From NCBI GenBank assembly GCA_031396205.1, contig JANNKH010000114.1:14083-78082 (forward strand): a stretch of DNA of 64,000 nt. Direction: 5' to 3'. Shown here one piece after another: positions 46,895 through 56,600 of this stretch. Positions within the stretch are counted from its first letter, which is position 1; every line of letters begins with the position of its first letter. The position numbers were made by a program, and so were the translations under genes. This DNA is from Rhodoferax sp. Lineage in GTDB: Bacteria > Pseudomonadota > Gammaproteobacteria > Burkholderiales > Burkholderiaceae_C. The notes beneath the pieces are model-generated. The model made no database searches. It saw only the letters and a list, made by a program, of their open reading frames with translations, and was not told the origin of the DNA.

Positions 46895-47575
46895 TCATGG
46901 CGCCACCGCACCCATGAGGCGCACCGTGGTGTTGACATCGGCGCCACCCACGATCAGCGCCTGCTCCGCTGCCGCGGCTCCCACCGGCAGGGACGGGTGC
47001 CAGACCCGCAGCCGGTAATTGCCGGCCGGCACCTGGTTCATGGCCACCGTGCCGGCGGTGGCGGTGCGCCCGTAAAACGGCGTGTCTACCACCACCACCC
47101 AGGCGGTCATCGCGTCATGGATGTTGCAGCCAAGTACCGCGATGCCGGTCTTGTCAAACAGCACCGGATTGGCCGGCACGCCGCTGTAGAGCTTGAGCTC
47201 GAAGCTCTTGGCCGCAGAGAACGAATACACATGGTGGCGCACCGTGTCGCGGTTCGGGAACGCCACGGCGGTTCCCACCGGCACAACCAGCACCGGCGGG
47301 TCGAACAACTTGCCCTTTTGCGCCATTTCGGCGCCCTGGGCCGGCTTGACCAATGCCCTGGCTTCGCGCGATTCCAGAAACACCACGGCATCCGTCAACA
47401 CCTTGCCCGCCTCGTCCTGCACCTGGACCTGCACCGTGGCCGCCAGACCCGGGGCCAGCACCGAGCCCAGCAGGCAGGCAAACAGGACCCTGCGTGCGAC
47501 CCGAGCGACGCGGGGTCCGGGCGTCGTGGGTGGCGGCTGATCGGGTCTCGTCATTGGCTGGCAGTCGGTCATCAT
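46895..47575 (-). CDS. Secreted cupredoxin-like protein (family often annotated methylamine utilization protein)
   Basis: Signal-like RRVLFACLLGSVLAPGLAAT. Putative type-1 copper ligands are RHHVYS and GCNIHDAM (amicyanin-like C-x2-H-x2-M spacing). The start is uncertain (47554, 47572 or 47575). Confidence 0.65.
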   Translation of the reverse strand: MMTDCQPMTRPDQPPPTTPGPRVARVARRVLFACLLGSVLAPGLAATVQVQVQDEAGKVLTDAVVFLESREARALVKPAQGAEMAQKGKLFDPPVLVVPVGTAVAFPNRDTVRHHVYSFSAAKSFELKLYSGVPANPVLFDKTGIAVLGCNIHDAMTAWVVVVDTPFYGRTATAGTVAMNQVPAGNYRLRVWHPSLPVGAAAAEQALIVGGADVNTTVRLMGAVAP

Positions 47576-47690
47576 CCCAGAGTATCGCAACATCTGTCGT
47601 CGGCCAGCGCCTGTACCCGGGCCACCGACCCGCGGGCGGTGCCGGGCCTTGCCGCCCAGCCGCACAACTTGCCGCGGCCGGCCCGCCAAC

Positions 47691-48176
47691 TCAAACGCCA
47701 CCGGTCGGGTGGGTCGGGTCAAGCCACAGCACCTGCTCCGGCTTTTCGACCGGCTCGATGTCGATGTTGATCGCCACGGCCTCACCGTCGCTGCGACACA
47801 ACACACATTCGAGCAGGTCGGACGGGCTGGCGTTGATCTCCTGGTGCGGCACGTAGGGCGGTACATAGATGAAATCGCCCGGGCCGGCCTCGGCGACGAA
47901 CTCGAGCTTGTCGCCCCAGCGCATCCGGGCCCGGCCCTTGACGATGTAGATCACGCTCTCCAGATGCCCGTGGTGGTGGGCACCCGTGCGTGCGTTGGCA
48001 TGGATGGTCACGGTGCCAGCCCACAGCTTGTGCGCGCCAACCCGCGCAAAATTGATCGCCGCCTTGCGGTCCATGCCGGGCGTCTGCGCCGTATTGCCAT
48101 CGAGCTGGCCGGCGGGGATCACCCGCACGCCGTCGTGTTTCCAGGGCGCATCGTCATGGCTGTGGGGGGTATGCAT
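47691..48176 (-). CDS. Cupin domain protein
   Basis: 161-aa ORF. GAHHHGHLESVIYIVKG...GDFIYVPPYVPHQE are the cupin motifs 1 and 2. Confidence 0.8.
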   Translation of the reverse strand: MHTPHSHDDAPWKHDGVRVIPAGQLDGNTAQTPGMDRKAAINFARVGAHKLWAGTVTIHANARTGAHHHGHLESVIYIVKGRARMRWGDKLEFVAEAGPGDFIYVPPYVPHQEINASPSDLLECVLCRSDGEAVAINIDIEPVEKPEQVLWLDPTHPTGGV

Positions 48177-48356
48177 CGTGGACTCCCTGTCATGCGCAAT
48201 CTTGCCGGCGACGCCGGCGAAGAAGTGAAAAGCTTACACCACCGCATGGTGGCCCGTGCGAACCGGGCTGTGCCAGTTGCAAAGAGCTCCCTCGTCAACC
48301 CGCGAAAAAGGCGCACCGGGCCATTGGCGGTGCAACAAATGGGCATACTCAAGTGC

Positions 48357-49328
48357 ATGTCTGACTACTGCCCCTATCGGTCCACCGGGTACCCGCGCTC
48401 GCGTTGCGCGCTGGTCATGCTGTGTCTGTCCGCGCTGGGCTGCGGACCCGCCGCGCTGGCCGACACGGGCAAGCTGCGCCTGACCGGCGGTGTCAGCAGC
48501 ATCGAAGGGGCGGCCGGCGGTGGCCTGACACCCTGGGCCACGATCGGCAGCAACGCCACTGCCGGAGAGACCGGTGCGTCCGCCTACCTGAGCCGCACCC
48601 GCACCCAGGACTACGGACTCACCAGCACCGGCGTCGCGCTGGGCTGGAACGAACGCGTTGAGTTGTCGCTGGCGCGCCAGGACTTCGACGCCGCGCCGGC
48701 AGTGGCCCTCAATGCCATCGCGCCGTTCGGCGTCGCGCCCGGCCAGCATATCCGGATGGATGTGCTGGGCCTCAAGTTGCGACTGGCCGGCGACGCGGTC
48801 CTCGATGCCGACAGCTGGCTGCCGCAAGTCTCGATCGGCCTGCAATACAAGACGCTGCGCCCTGGCACACTGGCATCGGTGCAGCGTTTCCTGGGCGCCG
48901 ACAGCCATGGCACCGATATCTACCTGAATGCAACCAAGCTGTTGCTGGCCGAGAGCGTGCTGGTCCATGCCACGCTGCGTGCGACCCGCGCCAACCAGAA
49001 CGGATTGCTCGGTTTCGGCTCGGGCTCTCCCGGGCGCGACCGCTACAGCCTGCAGCCGGAATTCTCGCTCGCCTGGCTGCTGCGCAAGGATCTTGCCATC
49101 GGCGCCGAATACCGCTTCAAGCCGAACAACCTGCAGGCGCTGGGCGCCGCGGCGGGCCTGGGCTCGGCACTGCGCGAAGACGACTGGGCCGATCTGTTCA
49201 TCGCCTGGGCACCCAACCGCCATAGTTCGCTGACGCTGGCGTGGGTCGAGCTTGGCCGTATCGTGCCGGGCATCACAGCGAATCGTCGCCAGCGGGGCCT
49301 GTATTTTTCAGGCCAGCTGGCCTTTTGA
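48357..49328 (+). CDS. DUF3034-like secreted/outer-membrane protein
   Basis: Within ORF 47649..49328; start at ATG 48357. Signal peptide, then KLRLTGGVSSIEGAAGGGLTPWATIG, and a C-terminal aromatic residue (LAF). The family assignment is from memory. Confidence 0.6.
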   Translation: MSDYCPYRSTGYPRSRCALVMLCLSALGCGPAALADTGKLRLTGGVSSIEGAAGGGLTPWATIGSNATAGETGASAYLSRTRTQDYGLTSTGVALGWNERVELSLARQDFDAAPAVALNAIAPFGVAPGQHIRMDVLGLKLRLAGDAVLDADSWLPQVSIGLQYKTLRPGTLASVQRFLGADSHGTDIYLNATKLLLAESVLVHATLRATRANQNGLLGFGSGSPGRDRYSLQPEFSLAWLLRKDLAIGAEYRFKPNNLQALGAAAGLGSALREDDWADLFIAWAPNRHSSLTLAWVELGRIVPGITANRRQRGLYFSGQLAF

Positions 49329-49329
49329 T

Positions 49330-49770
49330 ATGCGCATCCTTCTGCGCGCTTGGACCCTGCTGTTGCATTGCCTGTTGTTGAACGGCGCTGCATTGGCGCA
49401 GCACGCCGGCGGTCCGGACGCCCTGTACCGCGCGCTGGGCGAGAAACCCGGCATCACCGCGCTGATGGACGATTTCGTCGAGCGGCTGATCGTGGACCCG
49501 CGCATCGGCACGATGTTCGCCAAGACCAAACCGGCCAACCTGAAAGAACAGCTGCGCGACCAGGTCTGCCAGCTCAGCGGCGGTCCCTGCAAATACGAAG
49601 GCGACACGATGAAGGCGGCCCATGCCGACCTGGGCGTGCGCAAATCGGACTTCCATGCGCTGGTGGAGGTGCTGCAGATCGCGATGGACGCGCGCCAGAT
49701 ACCGTTTCGCGACCAGAACCGGCTGCTGGCGCTGCTTGCGCCCATGCATCGCGACATCATCACCCGATAG
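49330..49770 (+). CDS. Group I truncated haemoglobin with N-terminal signal-peptide-like extension
   Basis: The ATG is 1 nt after the DUF3034 stop. MRILLRAWTLLLHCLLLNGAALA is followed by the trHbN core LYRALGEKPGITALMDDFVERLIVDPRIGTMF...MKAAHADLGV...FHALVEVL. Confidence 0.75.
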   Translation: MRILLRAWTLLLHCLLLNGAALAQHAGGPDALYRALGEKPGITALMDDFVERLIVDPRIGTMFAKTKPANLKEQLRDQVCQLSGGPCKYEGDTMKAAHADLGVRKSDFHALVEVLQIAMDARQIPFRDQNRLLALLAPMHRDIITR

Positions 49771-49850
49771 CAATTGGGGCTCGATAATGGGTCCGCAGTA
49801 CATCGCTCATGATGCCGCTGCGGCCAGACCGACCTGACGGAGACTGCCCC

Positions 49851-50471
49851 ATGTTGCTCGATGCCGAAGAATGCCAGCTGGTGCTGATCGACTACCAGAC
49901 CCGCCTGATGCCAGCGGTTGCTGACGGGCCGTCGGTGCTGGCCCATGCGGTACGTCTGGCACGCATGGCGCAGGCGCTGGGAGTTCCCATCACTGCCACC
50001 GAACAAAATCCTGCCAGGCTGGGCGCCAGCGCGGCAGACCTGGGTGCGGTGTTGACCGAGGCGCGCGCACGCGTACTACCCAAAATGGCTTTCAGCGCCT
50101 GCGCCGAGGGCCTGCTCGACGTGCTGCGACCGGCACAGCGCAAGGCTTCGGCCGGCAACGCGCGCAGCCTGCCCAAACACCTGCAAAAAGCGATTCCTGA
50201 AGCCGCGCCGGCCCGCAACACGGTGGTGATCGCCGGCGTCGAGGCCCATGTCTGCCTGCTGCAGACGGCGCTGGAACTGCTGCAAGAGGAGTTCGACGTC
50301 TGGGTCGTCACCGACGCCTGCGGCTCGCGCACCGAGCGCAACCGCGACGCCGCCTATGACCGCCTGGCCGGCAATGGCGCGGAACTGGTCACCACCGAGA
50401 TGGTGGCGTTCGAATGGCTGCGCGGTGCCGACCATCCGCTGTTTCGGGAGATACAGGGCTTGATCAAATAA
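49851..50471 (+). CDS. Isochorismatase-family cysteine hydrolase
   Basis: LVLIDYQ, VVIAGVEAHVCLLQTA and VVTDACGS (catalytic Cys) are present. The start could be ATG 49851 or 49809. Confidence 0.75.
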   Translation: MLLDAEECQLVLIDYQTRLMPAVADGPSVLAHAVRLARMAQALGVPITATEQNPARLGASAADLGAVLTEARARVLPKMAFSACAEGLLDVLRPAQRKASAGNARSLPKHLQKAIPEAAPARNTVVIAGVEAHVCLLQTALELLQEEFDVWVVTDACGSRTERNRDAAYDRLAGNGAELVTTEMVAFEWLRGADHPLFREIQGLIK

Positions 50472-50582
50472 GCGTCGGCCTGGGCCGCCGCGCATGGCGC
50501 ATCGATCTCGATCGTGCAGTGGCATGAGGACCAGATCGATTGAACCGTTGTACCTCCTGCTTCCCACCAATCGCGCTGAAAC

Positions 50583-50891
50583 TCATTCGGCAAAGACCTC
50601 CTGCAATATGCCCAATGTGCCGAGCAAAGTCTTGGTCGAGACCGCTCCCAATTGCTTGGCAAGTCGCACTTCGTCCACCGCCCGCAGCTGATCCAGCAGG
50701 ATCAGGCCTTTTTGGCCCGCATGGGTCACCGCCATGCGAAAGGGCGCCGGTCGACTCTTGCTGGTCATGGGTGCCACGATGACCGTGCGAAGGTGGTCGT
50801 GCATTTCGGGAAGCAACGGGGTCGTTGGCAAGGCTGTAGGACTGCGCCACGGTCCCGTCACGCGGAATTGGTACAGTGTTGCCTGGTCCAT
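50583..50891 (-). CDS. PemK/MazF-family toxin-like protein, no adjacent antitoxin, N-terminus atypical (possibly degenerate)
   Basis: 102-aa ORF. PEMHDHLRTVIVAPMTSKSRPAPFRMAVTHAGQKGLILLDQLRAVDEVRLAKQLGAV matches the PemK/MazF core. The first ~27 aa do not resemble the usual G-x-V/I-x-L-DP...RP strand region. Confidence 0.55.
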   Translation of the reverse strand: MDQATLYQFRVTGPWRSPTALPTTPLLPEMHDHLRTVIVAPMTSKSRPAPFRMAVTHAGQKGLILLDQLRAVDEVRLAKQLGAVSTKTLLGTLGILQEVFAE

Positions 50892-51013
50892 CGGGTTATT
50901 GGGTTTTTCCGGCAGCGCGACGGTCGAACTTCACTGGCCTGGATCGTCGTGTTGCACGGGCCCGGCCCGCGGCGCAGCTGCGCGGGTCCCGTTTCATGGC
51001 CCATTTTTCCATT

Positions 51014-52423
51014 ATGCGATTGAACGAGTTATTGATCATCAGTTGTGTGGCCCTGAGCCTGGCCGGATGCGCTATCGCGCCTGCGCCGCGCGCAGCGCCG
51101 GCGGCGCTGGCCCCCCCTTCGCAGTGGCAGGCTCCTCTGCCCCACAGCGGCAATGTGACGGACCTGACCCAGTGGTGGCAGCAACTCGGCGACCCCTTGC
51201 TGGTCGCGCTGCTGGATGCGGCGCAGCAGGCCAGTCCTTCGCTGGCAAGCGCCCGCTCGCGGGTGGTGCAGAACCGCGCGGCGCTGAGCCAGGCGCGTGC
51301 GGCCCTGGGCCCGACGCTGGACGGTTCGGCCAGCGTCGCCCGTGCCAATACCCAGCCCGTTACACTGGCGACCACGACGCTGCAGGCGGGTGTACAGGCC
51401 GCTTGGGAGATCGACCTTTTCGGCGCCAACCGGCTGGCCAGCGACGCGGCACAGGCCCGGCTCGACAGCGCGAAAGCGTCCTGGCATGACGCGCGGGTGC
51501 TGGTGGCGGCCGAAGTCGCTAGCCGCTATTTCGGCCAGCGCGCCTGCGAACAGCAACGCACCATCGCCCAGGCCGACGCCCAGTCACGCGCAGAAACGGC
51601 GCGGCTCAGCGATTTGAGCCTGAAGGCTGGATTCACGGCCAGCGGAACCGCTGCATTGGCGCGAGCCGCGGCCAGCGAAGCCAGCGGCCGCGTGAACCGC
51701 CAGGACGCGGCATGTACCCAGACCATCAAGGCCCTGGTCGCGTTGACCGGCCTGCCCGAACCCGGGCTGCGCCAGCGGCTGGCGCAAGCGCCGCTGGATC
51801 TGGCGCCACAGGCGCAGATGGTTGTGGCCAGCGTGCCCGCCGATACGCTGGCCCAACGCCCGGATGTGTTCGCCGCCGAGCGCGACATCGCCGCCGCCAG
51901 CGCGGACATCGGCGGAGCACAGGCGCAGCGTTACCCGCGGCTGGGCCTGTCGGGCTCCATCGGGGCGCTGCACTATCGGGCAGCGGGCAATGGCAGTGAC
52001 ATGGCGACCTGGTCTATCGGGCCGCTCGCGCTCAGCGTGCCGTTGTTCGATGGCGGGCGGCGCGAGGCCAACGTCACTGCGGCGCAGGCGCGCTACGACG
52101 AGTCGATCGCGCTGTACCAGGCTCGCGTACGACAGGCGGTGCGCGAGGTCGAGCAGGCCTTGGTCGCATTGCAAAGCACGTCCGAGCGGGCAGCGGATGC
52201 GGCCAGCGCGCAGGCCGGCTATCAATCCTGGCTGAGCGCCACCGAAGCGCGCTACCAGGGCGGCCTGGCCAGCCTGGTGGAGCTGGAAGACGCGCGCCGG
52301 CTCCGCCTGACTGCCGCCGACGCGCTGGTGGCCTTGCAACTGGAACGGATACAGGCCTGGATCGACCTGTACCGCGCTGCAGGGGGCGGCTGGACATCCG
52401 CAGCCGCCGCTGCCCAACCCTGA
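51014..52423 (+). CDS. Efflux transporter outer-membrane lipoprotein (NodT family)
   Basis: Lipobox MRLNELLIISCVALSLAGC (alternative ATG at 50996). Two TolC-like repeats. The C-terminus LYRAAGGGW is typical. Confidence 0.85.
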   Translation: MRLNELLIISCVALSLAGCAIAPAPRAAPAALAPPSQWQAPLPHSGNVTDLTQWWQQLGDPLLVALLDAAQQASPSLASARSRVVQNRAALSQARAALGPTLDGSASVARANTQPVTLATTTLQAGVQAAWEIDLFGANRLASDAAQARLDSAKASWHDARVLVAAEVASRYFGQRACEQQRTIAQADAQSRAETARLSDLSLKAGFTASGTAALARAAASEASGRVNRQDAACTQTIKALVALTGLPEPGLRQRLAQAPLDLAPQAQMVVASVPADTLAQRPDVFAAERDIAAASADIGGAQAQRYPRLGLSGSIGALHYRAAGNGSDMATWSIGPLALSVPLFDGGRREANVTAAQARYDESIALYQARVRQAVREVEQALVALQSTSERAADAASAQAGYQSWLSATEARYQGGLASLVELEDARRLRLTAADALVALQLERIQAWIDLYRAAGGGWTSAAAAAQP

Positions 52424-52463
52424 TGGCTCGGCTACCCGCCGCACGCCTGCACGAAGAGACCTG

Positions 52464-53636
52464 ATGATGAGTTCGACATTCAAACGCAATTGCCTGGCCG
52501 CTCTGGCATTGGCACTGTGCGCCGCCGTCGTGGCGGTCTTGTGGGCCCGCAGCACGGCAGCCGATGGCCCCGCTGATCCGGCGCCAGCCGCCACAACCAA
52601 ACCGGCGCTGACCGTCACCGCGGTGCGCCCGCAGCTCGGCCGCCTGCCAATCCAGCTGACCGCCAATGGCAGTGTCGCCGCCTGGCAGGAAGCCAGCGTG
52701 GGGACGGAGGCCAGCGGCCTGCGGCTGGTCGAGGTGCGCGCCAACATCGGCGATGTCGTGCGTGCCGGCCAGGTGCTGGCCACGTTCGCCGGCGAGTCGG
52801 TGCAGGCCGATCTGGCGCTGGCGCGCGCCAATGTGCTGGAAGCCCAGGCCAACGGGCTGGAGGCCGCCGGCAACGCCGAACGCGCCCGCACCCTGAAGAA
52901 CAGCGGCGCGCTGAGCACGCAGCAGATCAACCAGTACCTGACGCTGGAGCAGACGGCCCAGGCGCGGGTGACGGCGGCCAAGGCCGCGCTCGACATACAG
53001 CAACTGCGGCTCAGGCACACCCAGGTGCTGGCGCCGGATCGGGGCATCATCTCGGCCCGATCGGCTACGGTCGGAGCGGTCGTGCCGGCCGGCACCGAGC
53101 TGTTCCGGATGATCCGTCAGGGCCGCCTCGAGTGGCGCGCCGAGATCACGGCCACCGAGCTGGGGCGCATCAAGCCTGGCACACCGGTCCTTGTGACCGC
53201 CGTCAGCGGCACCCAGGTCAAGGGCAAGGTGCGCATGGTAGGCCCGACGGTGGACGCCCAGACCCGCATGGCACTGGTCTATGTCGATCTGCCCTCGACC
53301 GACGGCATGTCCGCGCCGCCCAAGCCGGGCATGTTTGCGTCCGGCGCGTTCGAGTTGGGCGACACCAGCGCCCTGCTGGTACCGCAGTCGACCCTGGTCA
53401 TGCGCGACGGATTCAGTTATGTGTACCGCCTGAACGAGGACAACCGCGTCTCGCGCATCAAGGTGCAGACCGGCCGCCAGGCCGGCGAGCAGGTCGAGGT
53501 CACCAGTGCGCTGGATGCCAACACCCGCCTGGTCGCCAGCGGCGCGGGTTTCCTGAACGAAGGCGACCTGGTCCGGGTGGTGGACGCAGCCGGCACACCA
53601 TCGGCGCAGCATCCGGCCGCATCGGCCTCGCGCTGA
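52464..53636 (+). CDS. RND efflux periplasmic adaptor (membrane fusion protein)
   Basis: 390-aa ORF with an N-terminal anchor, a lipoyl-like and coiled-coil hairpin region, and a beta-barrel region. Confidence 0.85.
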   Translation: MMSSTFKRNCLAALALALCAAVVAVLWARSTAADGPADPAPAATTKPALTVTAVRPQLGRLPIQLTANGSVAAWQEASVGTEASGLRLVEVRANIGDVVRAGQVLATFAGESVQADLALARANVLEAQANGLEAAGNAERARTLKNSGALSTQQINQYLTLEQTAQARVTAAKAALDIQQLRLRHTQVLAPDRGIISARSATVGAVVPAGTELFRMIRQGRLEWRAEITATELGRIKPGTPVLVTAVSGTQVKGKVRMVGPTVDAQTRMALVYVDLPSTDGMSAPPKPGMFASGAFELGDTSALLVPQSTLVMRDGFSYVYRLNEDNRVSRIKVQTGRQAGEQVEVTSALDANTRLVASGAGFLNEGDLVRVVDAAGTPSAQHPAASASR

Positions 53637-53646
53637 GGCAGGCACC

Positions 53647-56600
53647 ATGATCAACGTCTCCTCCTGGTCGATCCGCAACCCGATTCCGGCCGTGATGCTG
53701 TTTGTGTTGCTGTGTTTTGCCGGCCTGCTGTCGTTCAACGCGATGAAGGTGCAGCAGTTCCCGGATATCGAACTTCCGACCGTCAGCGTGGTTGCGTCCC
53801 TGCCCGGTGCGGCCCCGGCGCAACTTGAAACCGAAGTGGCGCGCAAGCTGGAGAACTCGATCGCCTCGGTACAGGGCCTGCGACACATCTATACGAAGGT
53901 ACAGGACGGCGGCGTCACCATCACAGCGGAATTTCGGCTGGAAAAGCCGGTGCAGGAAGCAGTGGACGATGTGCGCTCGGCCGTCGGAAAGGTGCGCAGC
54001 GACCTGCCGGCCGACCTGCGCGACCCGATCGTCAACAAGCTCGACATGGCGGCCCAGCCGGTGCTGGCGTTCACCGTGCGATCGTTGGCGCGCGCGGGAA
54101 GCACCGGCATGGACGACGAGGCCCTGTCCTGGTTCGTCGACAACGATGTGACGCGGCGCCTGCTCGCGGTGCGCGGCGTCGGCGGCGTGACCCGGGTCGG
54201 CGGCGTCAACCGCGAGGTGCGGGTGGCCCTGGACCCGATGCGCTTGCAGGCACTGGGTGCGACCGCGGCCGACATTTCACGCCAGCTGCGCCAGACGCAG
54301 CAGGAAAGCGCCGGCGGGCGGGTCGATGTCGGCGGTGGCGAGCAGCCCGTACGCACGCTGGGCACGGTGCAGACAGCCCAGCAGCTCGGTGCCCTGCAGC
54401 TGGCCCTGTCCGATGGGCGGCGTATCCGGCTCGACCAGGTTGCCACGGTGTCCGACACCATTGCCGAGCAGCGCTCGGCAGCGCTGCTCAACGGCCAGCC
54501 GGTGGTGGGATTCGAGGTCTCGCGCAGCAAGGGTGAAAGCGAGGTCACGGTGGGCGCCGCGGTGCAGCAGGCACTGCGCGAACTCAAGGCCACGCATCCG
54601 GACATCGCGTTCACCGAAGCCTTCAACTTCGTCGACCCGGTGCAGGAGGAATACACCGGCTCGATGCACCTGCTGTACGAAGGCGCAGCACTTGCGGTGC
54701 TGGTGGTCTGGCTGTTCCTGCGCAACTGGCGTGCGACGTTCGTCTCCGCGGTGGCGTTGCCGCTGTCGGTGATACCGGCATTTGCCGGCATGTACCTGTT
54801 GGGCTTTAGCGTCAATGTGATCACGCTGCTGGCCCTGTCGCTGGTGATCGGCATCCTGGTGGACGACGCCATCGTCGAGGTGGAGAACATCGTGCGCCAT
54901 TTGCGCATGGGCAAGTCGCCCTACCAGGCGGCCATGGAAGCGGCTGACGAGATCGGTCTGGCCGTGATCGCCACCACCTTCACGCTGGTGGCGGTGTTCC
55001 TGCCCACCGCCTTCATGAGCGGCGTTGCCGGCAAGTTCTTCAAGCAGTTCGGCTGGACCGCGTCGCTGGCCGTGGTCGCCTCGCTGGTTGTGGCGCGGGT
55101 GCTGACCCCGATGATGTCGGCCTACATGCTCAAGCCGGCGCAGGGTGAGCACAAGGACCCGGTCTGGATGAAGATCTATTTGCGCATGGCCACCTGGAGC
55201 CTCAAGCACCGGTTCCTGACCATGCTGGGCGCTACCGCGTTTTTCCTGGCCTCGATCGCGCTGATTCCGCTGCTGCCCACCGGTTTCATTCCGCCGGACG
55301 ACAACTCGCAGACCCAGGTCTACCTGGAGTTGCCGCCCGGCTCCACACTGGAGCAGACCGTGCGCTCTGCCGAGCGCGCGCGCCTGCTGGTGGCCGGGGT
55401 CGAGCATGTCACAAGCGTCTACACCACCATCGGCGGCGGCACGGCCGGTGCCGACCCGTTTGCACCGCAGGGCGCGGCCGAGGTGCGCAAGGCCACGCTG
55501 ACGGTGCAGCTGACCGAACGCGGTACCCGGCCCCGCAAACAGGGCATCGAGAACAATATCCGCACGGCACTGGAACAACTCCCCGGTGCGCGCAGCAAGG
55601 TCGGCCTAGGCGGCTCGGGTGAAAAATACATCCTGGTGCTGACCGGCGACGATCCGCTGGCGCTGCAGAACGCGGCACTGGCAATCGAGAACGGACTGCG
55701 CACCATCCCCGGTCTGGGCAGCGTGGCCTCCAGCGCCAGTCTGATCCGGCCCGAGATCGCGGTGCGACCGGACTTCGCGCGCGCCGCCGACCTGGGCGTG
55801 ACCAGCGCCGCCATCGGCGACACGCTGCGCATCGCCACCCTGGGCGACTACGACGTCGCTTTGGCCAAGCTCAATCTGTCGCAGCGTCAGGTCCCGATCG
55901 TGGTGCGGCTGCAGGACAGCGCACGCAGCAACCTGCAACTGCTGGAGCGGCTGGCCGTGCCGGGCAGCCGCGGCCCGGTGATGCTGGGCCAGGTGGCGAC
56001 GCTCGAAATGACTGGCGGACCGGCGGTGATCGACCGCTACGACCGGGCGCGCAACGTGAACTTCGAGATCGAGTTGTCGGGTCTGCCACTGGGCGACGTG
56101 AAGAAGGCGGTCGATCAGCTACCCGCCGTCAAGCAATTGCCACCCGGCGTAAAGATCGTCGAGATTGGTGACGCCGAGGTGATGGGCGAACTGTTTGCCA
56201 GCTTCGGACTGGCGATGCTGACCGGCGTACTGTGCATCTACATCGTGCTGGTGTTGCTGTTCAAGGACTTCCTGCACCCGGTCACCATCCTGTGCGCGCT
56301 GCCGCTGGCGCTGGGCGGTGCCTTCGTCGGGCTGCTGGTGGCCGACAAGAGCTTTTCCATGCCCTCGCTGATCGGCCTGATCATGCTGATGGGCATCGCC
56401 ACCAAGAACTCGATCCTGCTGGTCGAATACGCCATCGTCGCGCGGCGCGACCATGGCCTCGGCCGGCTCGAGGCCCTGCTCGACGCCTGCCACAAGCGCG
56501 CCCGGCCGATCGTCATGACCACACTGGCGATGGGCGCTGGCATGATGCCGATCGCGCTGGGCCTGGGGGTGGCCGATGCGAGCTTCCGTTCCCCGATGGC

